DNA of 46,471 nucleotides from a virus (Duplodnaviria; Heunggongvirae; Uroviricota; Caudoviricetes): IMG/VR virus record IMGVR_UViG_2606217103_000006; one strand, 5' to 3'. Shown piece by piece: positions 40,446 to 46,471 of this stretch (position 1 is its first letter; each line of letters starts with the position of its first letter). The notes under the pieces were generated by a model. It saw only the letters and a program-made list of their open reading frames with translations, ran no database searches and was not told where the DNA came from. The position numbers and the translations under genes were made by a program.

Positions 40446-40926
40446 TGGTTGCCTCCTTCACAAAAATAATCCAATGTGTTTTATCGTTCTTGCCGGTGCG
40501 CTGGCTGATGATTGGTTTCGCGTCGGTTAGTGCCAATATCTGGCGGACAGGCACTTGCGTTTCATTCCATTTAAAAATCAGAATGCCGTGTGGCCACAAC
40601 ACACGAAAGGCTTCTTTAAATCCCTGCCTCAAATCATCACGCCAGGTATCTTTATTCAGCCGCCCATATTTCTTTCCCATCCAGGCGTTATCACCAACAC
40701 GCTCAAGATGCGGAGGGTCGAATACAACAACCGGAAACGATGCGTCTGCAAATGGTAATGCACGAAAATCTGCTATCAGATCAGGGCTAATTATCAGTCG
40801 TCGTCCATCACATAATGTGTGCTCTTCCTTTCTGATATCGCTAAATATCGCCCGGTCGTCATTCTTATCGAACCAGAACATGCGGCTGCCACAGCACATA
40901 TCAAGAATGGTTGCCGGTGCACTCAC
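40432..40926 (-). CDS. small SAM-dependent methyltransferase-like protein (DPPH motif)
   Basis: LDMCCGSRM (motif I-like) and VVVFDPPH (motif IV-like); 164 aa. Confidence 0.5.
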   Translation of the reverse strand: MSAPATILDMCCGSRMFWFDKNDDRAIFSDIRKEEHTLCDGRRLIISPDLIADFRALPFADASFPVVVFDPPHLERVGDNAWMGKKYGRLNKDTWRDDLRQGFKEAFRVLWPHGILIFKWNETQVPVRQILALTDAKPIISQRTGKNDKTHWIIFVKEATSEQD

Positions 40927-41345
40927 TGCGCTACCTCCTGAAAATTACCCTGATAAAACGACAATATGCGCTGCATAACTTCGCTTTTACGACACTCAGT
41001 ACAAATCATATTATGACGCCTGTCGTAACGACGTATTTCTCCATCAGGTAATGACCAGATAAGGTCCGGATCAACCGCAGATGGTTTCTTCAGCTTTGCC
41101 CTTGAGAGCTTTTTACGGGCATTTTGCCAGTCCTTACGCGCCTGTTCAGACGGGAATAACCCGTAACCAGAGTTGTATACATCGCCGCTGGCAACCAGCT
41201 CTCTGGCCAGAACGTTCATCAGATATCTTGTTGCCCCAGTTTTAGTTTCCAGTTGTCGTAACGTCTCGCGCCCACTCTGGCGTACGAGTTCAACAACCTG
41301 CCCTTTAATTTTCTCCCGCTCTTCTTGTGTAAAAACTTTTGCCAC
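40923..41345 (-). CDS. hypothetical protein downstream of replication initiator (possible replication accessory)
   Basis: 140 aa; basic; position of lambda P but much smaller. Confidence 0.4.
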   Translation of the reverse strand: MAKVFTQEEREKIKGQVVELVRQSGRETLRQLETKTGATRYLMNVLARELVASGDVYNSGYGLFPSEQARKDWQNARKKLSRAKLKKPSAVDPDLIWSLPDGEIRRYDRRHNMICTECRKSEVMQRILSFYQGNFQEVAQ

Positions 41346-41385
41346 AAGCCCTCCTGAAAATTACCTCATGACCAGAAATTAACAC

Positions 41386-42363
41386 TTACCCCCTGAAGCC
41401 CGGCGGAATTTCAGTGTCCGGTTCAGAAATGTGATTCACGCAACGCTGCGCAGGCGAACGCCCCAGGCGGATAACCAGTTCATCCCATTTTTCCCGGAGT
41501 TTTGCCGGACTCATGATGTTTTTTACCCAGAACGAATCCCGCTGGAGACGCCCAAACATTTCACAAATTTGTCTGTGAGTTCTGCCATCCAGCATCCGCA
41601 TTGTGCGAACGTCATTGGCCCATGCTGTCCAGTTGGGTTCTTTCGGTCTAGTGATCTCGCCATCATCGCTGGCCGCCTGCTCGTAAAGACTCACGATTCG
41701 TCCCCAGATCCACTGTGCGCACACCAAATCTTCCTGACTTCCCCACTGGCGTTTTTTCGCACTGAACACAACCGCGTCAGGGTGTCGGGTTAAAAAATCC
41801 TGTTCAGCCGTCTGCGGGTCCGGTTGCGAAGCGTCCGGACAAGAAGATCTTTTATCTGACGGATCAGGTTTTAATACTGACGGATCGGGGTCAATCATCG
41901 CCCCCCTAATCGGCAGTTTTTTATCAACAGTTGATCCATCAAAATTTGACGGGTCAACCGTTGAGGGGTCAATATTTGACGGGTCAACTGTTAACGGGTC
42001 ATTTTTTGCCGGGCTAATTTTTCTTTTCGGTTTATATGACTCACGCGCCGCCGCCGCAGCTGCTTCGAGTTTTTCCACATTAAGCCGATAGATATTGCTT
42101 ACATTACGCCCACCGACCTTACGCTCTTCCTTCGTCAGCCAGCCCTCTTTCGCCAGTTCTGCAATAGCCGATTTCACTGTGGATTCACTTCTTGCACCGA
42201 TCTGACGCCGGATAGTTTCAATGGCAGGCCATGACACGCCCTCGTCATTGCTGTAGTCTGCAAGACGGGCCATAACCGCCACCCTGGATAAGATCATGCC
42301 GGTGAAGGCGCACCCTTCCCAGACAAGACCATGAAGCTTGCTGCTCATAAAACCCCCGAACAC
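41386..42363 (-). CDS. replication initiator (lambda O-like) with origin embedded in coding sequence
   Basis: N-terminal HTH-like region; DP(S/L)xxDPSxxD amino-acid repeats encoded by the DNA iterons. Confidence 0.7.
   Translation of the reverse strand: MFGGFMSSKLHGLVWEGCAFTGMILSRVAVMARLADYSNDEGVSWPAIETIRRQIGARSESTVKSAIAELAKEGWLTKEERKVGGRNVSNIYRLNVEKLEAAAAAARESYKPKRKISPAKNDPLTVDPSNIDPSTVDPSNFDGSTVDKKLPIRGAMIDPDPSVLKPDPSDKRSSCPDASQPDPQTAEQDFLTRHPDAVVFSAKKRQWGSQEDLVCAQWIWGRIVSLYEQAASDDGEITRPKEPNWTAWANDVRTMRMLDGRTHRQICEMFGRLQRDSFWVKNIMSPAKLREKWDELVIRLGRSPAQRCVNHISEPDTEIPPGFRG
41880..42045. repeat. replication origin: 4-5 iterons (consensus TGACGGGTCAA) followed by AT-rich segment
   Basis: cggggtcaatc, ttgacgggtcaacc, ttgaggggtcaata, ttgacgggtcaact, ttaacgggtcattt then attttttgccgggctaatttttcttttcggtttatat. 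Confidence 0.7.
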
Positions 42364-42370
42364 CGTGCTT

Positions 42371-42796
42371 TTAGTGCATCACCACAGCATTCCCTGCCGG
42401 GCCGCCGCGATTCATCTGGTCATACAAAACAACCGCTGACGCAACAAAATCATCGACATCCTTCACCAGCCGATCCCTCCGTTCGACGATCTCACGGTAA
42501 TATTCAGAACTGTGGCTGCGCATACGGGCCACCAGCAAAGGCGGCATCGCCTTTTCGATCGCCGGTAACAGAGCCTGCATTTTTTCAACAGCATCAGGGG
42601 TGTCTTTATCCAGCCAACGGAAAATTTTCTGGGTATTACGGGCCAGGGCTTCCGGATGGCTGTCGTCGTACAGTTCAGGGAACGTCATCCCCAGTTCGAA
42701 ATAAGTCCGGGCTATTTCAGCTGCAGGAACTTTCTCACCATCAGGGTATGCCCAGGCATTCATCGCCATGCGGATGTGCTCATGTTTGATTTTCAT
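42371..42796 (-). CDS. ydaT: YdaT-like protein (Rac-type cII-position gene)
   Basis: 141 aa starting MKIKHEH; downstream of cro-like gene as in Rac. Confidence 0.6.
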   Translation of the reverse strand: MKIKHEHIRMAMNAWAYPDGEKVPAAEIARTYFELGMTFPELYDDSHPEALARNTQKIFRWLDKDTPDAVEKMQALLPAIEKAMPPLLVARMRSHSSEYYREIVERRDRLVKDVDDFVASAVVLYDQMNRGGPAGNAVVMH

Positions 42797-43103
42797 GAAT
42801 CATTTGCCTCTTGATGCTTCGGGTATGATCGTTTTCGTCATTTGGTTGCTTCATCGACATATTCTGCGAATAACATGACGAGCGTCGTAAGTATGTCCAA
42901 TCAACATCAGGACGAAGTTCTTCACACAGGACACCACCTTTTGTTGCTCGTTCAATCGCAGGACATCTCTCAGCAGGTAACTGACGTACACCTTTGATCC
43001 ATTGATTTACGCTTGGAGGAGATACACCTAAAAGCCTAGCCATTGCTGATTGCCCACCGACAACAGCACAAGCTCGTTTGAATGAATAGTTATCTTTTTT
43101 CAT
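42780..43103 (-). CDS. ydaS: Cro-like HTH regulator (YdaS-like)
   Basis: Start at ATG 43103 (MKKDNYSF..., RBS GGAG); HTH ...QSAMARLLGVSPPSVNQWIKG...; divergent from repressor. Confidence 0.75.
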   Translation of the reverse strand: MKKDNYSFKRACAVVGGQSAMARLLGVSPPSVNQWIKGVRQLPAERCPAIERATKGGVLCEELRPDVDWTYLRRSSCYSQNMSMKQPNDENDHTRSIKRQMIHENQT

Positions 43104-43130
43104 CGAATGAACTCCAAAAAACACGCAACA

Positions 43131-43176
43131 ATATTAGGCTTAGCCTAATGAAATTGTCAATAGGCTATGCCTAATA
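43131..43176. promoter_or_regulatory. OR-like operator region: palindromes ATTAGGC-N3-GCCTAAT (43133-43149, 43159-43175) overlapping pR-like promoter (-35 TTGACA 43155-43160, -10 TAATAT 43131-43136, minus strand)
   Basis: Seen directly; perfect 7-bp half-sites. Confidence 0.65.
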
Positions 43177-43227
43177 CATCGAGAGTAGGGATTGCCTAAC
43201 GCGATGCGCATAGGAGACTATTAAGCA

Positions 43228-43704
43228 ATGCTTAGTGGTAAAGACTTAGGCCGAGCGATAGAGCAGGCCATTAACAAAAAAATTGCATCAGGAGCCGTCA
43301 AATCAAAGGCGGAAATCGCACGTCATTTCAAAGTCCAACCACCATCAATCCATGACTGGATTAAGAAAGGTTCGATAAGTAAAGACAAACTTCCAGAACT
43401 ATGGCGTTTCTTTTCTGATGTGGTTGGTCCAGAGCATTGGGGGCTTAACGAATACCCCATACCAACCCCATCCACTTCAGATACAAAAAGTGAACTTTTA
43501 GACATAAACAGCCTTTATCAAGCCGCCTCTGATGAAAAAAGAGCAATTGTGGCTTTCATCTTATCTGGAAATGCTACGGAGCCTAGTTGGGTTGATCATG
43601 ACGTTCGCGCCTACATTGCCGCAATGGAAATGAAGGTAGCTAACTATCTGAAAAATCAAGAATCAAAACGGAAAAGCCAGAACATCACCAAGACAGGAAC
43701 TTAA
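43228..43704 (+). CDS. racR: prophage repressor (RacR-like, cI analogue)
   Basis: 158 aa; N-terminal HTH; divergent from cro-like gene; RBS AGGAGA. Confidence 0.75.
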   Translation: MLSGKDLGRAIEQAINKKIASGAVKSKAEIARHFKVQPPSIHDWIKKGSISKDKLPELWRFFSDVVGPEHWGLNEYPIPTPSTSDTKSELLDINSLYQAASDEKRAIVAFILSGNATEPSWVDHDVRAYIAAMEMKVANYLKNQESKRKSQNITKTGT

Positions 43705-43792
43705 ACTTATATGGTCCGACGGGAAATTCCTAGTTCCCGTTAGTTAACTCCTACTACCTCTCCCACAAACCATCACCTATTAGGTTGCGCCC

Positions 43793-43841
43793 AAATTATT
43801 AGGCATAGCCTATTGACAAGTAATTAGGCATTTCCTATAGT
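43793..43841 (+). promoter_or_regulatory. pL-like promoter with operator palindromes (-35 TTGACA 43813-43818, 17-nt spacer, -10 TATAGT 43836-43841)
   Basis: Same ATTAGGC...GCCTA half-sites as OR region, one over the -35 and one in the spacer. Confidence 0.6.
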
Positions 43842-44017
43842 TTTCCCATACCAACCCATCCCACACAATACAGGGCAATACCTCGAGTTACCAGGCAGTG
43901 GTCAGGGGTTAAGTAGCCAGCCCGAGGCGTAAGAACATGACGGCAGGGTTCAACTTTAATAACTATGCAGCAGGTTTTTGTTCCGCTACCCCGGCGTTAA
44001 GGGGAAATGAGGTCAGC

Positions 44018-44173
44018 ATGGATACTATCGATCTTGGCAACAACGAATCTCTGGTGTACGGCGTGTTTCCAAACCAGGACGGCACGTTCACCGCAATGAC
44101 GTATACCAAAAGCAAAACGTTTAAAACCGAAAATGGTGCCCGTCGCTGGCTGGAAAGAAACTCAGGTGAGTGA
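44018..44173 (+). CDS. ydaF: small early-left protein (YdaF-like, 51 aa)
   Basis: MDTIDLGNNESLVYGVFPNQDGTFTAMTYTKSKTFKTENGARRWLERNSGE; RBS GAGG. Confidence 0.55.
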   Translation: MDTIDLGNNESLVYGVFPNQDGTFTAMTYTKSKTFKTENGARRWLERNSGE

Positions 44174-44174
44174 T

Positions 44175-44303
44175 ATGGATTTCGACACAATCATGGAAAA
44201 GGCTTACGAAGAATACTTCGAAGGCCTTGCCGAAGGCGAAGAAGCTCTCAGCTTCAGTGAGTTTAAACAGGCGCTTTCCAGCTCGGCAAAATCTAACGGC
44301 TGA
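44175..44303 (+). CDS. ydaG: unlisted 42-aa acidic protein (YdaG-like), translationally coupled to previous gene
   Basis: Hand translation MDFDTIMEKAYEEYFEGLAEGEEALSFSEFKQALSSSAKSNG; TGAtATG junction. Confidence 0.45.
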   Translation: MDFDTIMEKAYEEYFEGLAEGEEALSFSEFKQALSSSAKSNG

Positions 44304-44332
44304 TAAGCGAAGCAGCACCGCGAGGAATCAGT

Positions 44333-44551
44333 ATGCAGAAACGAGAACCCGTCATCATCGCGCCAGACTATACCGATGATGAACTTTATGAGTGGATGCA
44401 CCAGAAAATTAATGCAGCGCAGGATCTGAAATGGGCCAATGAAGCCAGGGCTAAGCAGGCTGAAAATCTGTCCGCTCTGGAGCAGGATATCACTAATCTG
44501 GAAAAAGCAGCGGCATTAAGCATTGCCAGAATGATTACATACCCGCGTTAA
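44333..44551 (+). CDS. hypothetical 72-aa early-left protein (kil-position gene)
   Basis: ORF track; position only. Confidence 0.4.
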   Translation: MQKREPVIIAPDYTDDELYEWMHQKINAAQDLKWANEARAKQAENLSALEQDITNLEKAAALSIARMITYPR

Positions 44552-45119
44552 TAGCTAACCAACGAAGCTAAGGTTGGTAATTAAGGAGTTCTCCACGGGT
44601 GAGGTGGAGTGCGTGCGCCGGACACGGGTGAGCATCCGGCACTGACAGTTTACTGAAAGGATATTTCCCTGAAAAGTCAGACCATAACGCGAAAGCGCAC
44701 GGCGAGGTAGCTGGTTCATAGATAGCCTGTCGTTAAATTTTCGTCGACCGTGCGCTTCCGGTTGTGGCAATCCGCGAAATGGCGCGGCGGTAAGTATGGC
44801 GGGGGTATTCCTTCCACCGTTGAGGACACTGGGTTGTCAGGTTGACCATACGCTTAAGTGACAACCCCGCTGCAACGCCCTCTGTTATCAATTTTCTGGT
44901 GACGTTTGGCGGTATCAGTTTTACTCCGTGACTGCTCTGCCGCCCTTTTTAAAGTGAATTTTGTGATGCGGTGAATACGGCTAAGCGCACGCGGAACAGT
45001 TAAAACCAAAAACAGTGTTATGGGTGGATTCTCTGTATCCGACGTTAATTGTTAACTGGTTAACGTCACCTGGAGGCACCAGGCACTGCATCACAAAATT
45101 CATTGTTGAGGACGCGATA

Positions 45120-45308
45120 ATGAAAACGTTATTACCAAACGTTAATACGTCTGAAGGTTGTTTTGAAATTGGTGTCACTATCAGTAACCCAGCATTTACT
45201 GAAGATGCCATTAACAAGAGAAAACAAGAACGGGAGCTATTAAATAAAATATGCATTGTTTCAATGCTGGCTCGTTTACGTCTGATGCCAAAAGGATGTG
45301 CACAATGA
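45120..45308 (+). CDS. hypothetical 62-aa protein
   Basis: Start at internal ATG with RBS GAGGA; AT-rich. Confidence 0.4.
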   Translation: MKTLLPNVNTSEGCFEIGVTISNPAFTEDAINKRKQERELLNKICIVSMLARLRLMPKGCAQ

Positions 45309-45496
45309 ATTCAGCATTTGCGCTTGTTCTGACAGTTTTTCTTGTTTCCGGAGAGCCAGTTGATATTGCAGTCAGTGTTCACAGGACAATGCAGGAGTGT
45401 ATGACTGCAGCAACCGAACAGAAAATTCCCGGTAACTGTTACCCGGTCGATAAAGTTATTCACCAGGATAATATCGAAATCCCGGCAGGTCTTTAA
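45305..45496 (+). CDS. hypothetical 63-aa protein with N-terminal hydrophobic segment (small membrane/secreted protein)
   Basis: MNSAFALVLTVFLVSGEP...; ATGA overlap with upstream gene; RBS AAGGATG. Confidence 0.45.
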   Translation: MNSAFALVLTVFLVSGEPVDIAVSVHRTMQECMTAATEQKIPGNCYPVDKVIHQDNIEIPAGL

Positions 45497-45589
45497 AACA
45501 GTTCCGTAATAAATATCCGGTTTCATTCTTATATGCCAGCAATGGCAGGGATTTGTTCATCCTTAAATCTGTCATGAGGTTAAAACAAA

Positions 45590-46471
45590 ATGAGTAAAGT
45601 CTTTATTTGCGCCGCTATTCCTGACGAACTGGCAACAAGGGAAGAAGGCGCTGTGGCTGTAGCCACAGCCATTGAAGCTGGCGACGAACGCCGTGCTCGA
45701 GCAAAATTTCACTGGCAGTTCCTGGAACATTATCCGGCTGCTCAGGACTGCGCTTATAAATTTATTGTCTGCGAGGATAAACCTGGCATACCCCGCCCTG
45801 CCCTCGATTCATGGGATGCTGAATATATGCAGGAAAACCGCTGGGATGAGGAGTCTGCTTCTTTTGTCCCGGTTGAGACTGAATCCGATCTGATGAACGT
45901 CACTTTTGACAAGCTGGCCCCTGAAGTACAGAACGCTCTCATGGTTAAGTTCGACACATGTGAAAACATCACCGTTGATATGGTTATTAGCGCACAGGAA
46001 TTGTTGCAGGAAGACATGGCAACATTCGACGGCCATATCGTTGAAGCGTTGATGAAAATGCCAGAAGTTAACGCCATGTATCCGGAGCTTAAGTTGCACG
46101 CCATTGGGTGGGTTAAGCATAAATGTATTCCTGGTGCTAAATGGCCCGAAATTCAGGCAGAGATGCGCATCTGGAAAAAACGTCGTGAAGGTGAACGCAA
46201 GGAAACCGGAAAATACACGTCTGTTGTTGATCTCGCCCGCGCCAGAGCCAATCAACAGTACACTGAAAATTCAACAGGAAAAATCAGCCCGGTCATTGCT
46301 GCCATTCATCGCGAATACAAGCAGACATGGAAAACACTGGATGACGAACTGGCCTACGCTCTCTGGCCTGGTGATGTGGATGCCGGAAACATTGACGGCA
46401 GCATCCATCGCTGGGCAAAAAATGAAGTTATCGACAACGACCGCGAAGACTGGAAGCGTATCTCGGCATCA
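45590..46471 (+). CDS. early-left operon protein, 5' partial (runs off window end, at least 294 aa)
   Basis: ATG 45590 with upstream GAGG; open frame to window end; not in ORF track because no stop; identity not recognised. Confidence 0.6.
   Translation, partial: MSKVFICAAIPDELATREEGAVAVATAIEAGDERRARAKFHWQFLEHYPAAQDCAYKFIVCEDKPGIPRPALDSWDAEYMQENRWDEESASFVPVETESDLMNVTFDKLAPEVQNALMVKFDTCENITVDMVISAQELLQEDMATFDGHIVEALMKMPEVNAMYPELKLHAIGWVKHKCIPGAKWPEIQAEMRIWKKRREGERKETGKYTSVVDLARARANQQYTENSTGKISPVIAAIHREYKQTWKTLDDELAYALWPGDVDAGNIDGSIHRWAKNEVIDNDREDWKRISAS

Noticed and set aside
45590-46471. Assignment of the partial early-left ORF as RecE/exonuclease VIII
   Set aside because: The position fits Rac recE, but I could not match the sequence to any remembered RecE segment; left as unassigned.
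1-46471. CRISPR arrays, integrase and attachment sites, insertion sequences
   Set aside because: No repeat-spacer array (the stf repeats and origin iterons are not CRISPR-like), no recombinase ORF, and no terminal inverted repeats with transposase were seen; the prophage ends appear to lie outside the window.

Overview
The window is most of a lambdoid prophage from an E. coli-type host, lying in reverse orientation: the phage rightward and late genes are on the minus strand. From left to right it holds: tail-fibre end with a cargo methyltransferase-like gene (1-1919); a lambda-like tail and head morphogenesis block (stf, lom, J, I, K, L, M, H, G/G-T, V, U, Z, FII, FI, E, D, C, B, W, A, Nu1; 1919-24654); a lambda-type cos site (cosN at 24871-24882); a lysis cassette (pinholin, SAR endolysin, Rz/Rz1; 27152-28730); an Stx-phage-like late region with nanS-p esterase, tRNA genes, a DNA methyltransferase and Q antiterminator but no stxAB (28881-34931); a nin region with rusA, a DUF968-like gene and hok (34928-36966); a replication module with an O-like initiator carrying origin iterons (40923-42363); and a Rac-type immunity region (ydaT/ydaS-like, racR-like repressor with operator palindromes; 42371-43841) running into the early-left operon. 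Four AT-rich cargo islands interrupt this backbone, and three of them are the main candidates for an undescribed system: (1) a Hanks-type Ser/Thr kinase plus PP2C phosphatase operon beside hok (37376-38870); (2) a convergent, 3'-overlapping gene pair between the lysis genes and cos, one member carrying a PD-(D/E)xK-like nuclease motif (25106-26735); (3) two tandem copies of a promoter-structured domain-terminator unit, i.e. candidate sRNA genes, sitting where Stx phages carry stxAB (31366-32020). All protein family calls are from motifs and remembered similarity to lambda, Rac and Stx-phage proteins; no database search was run.
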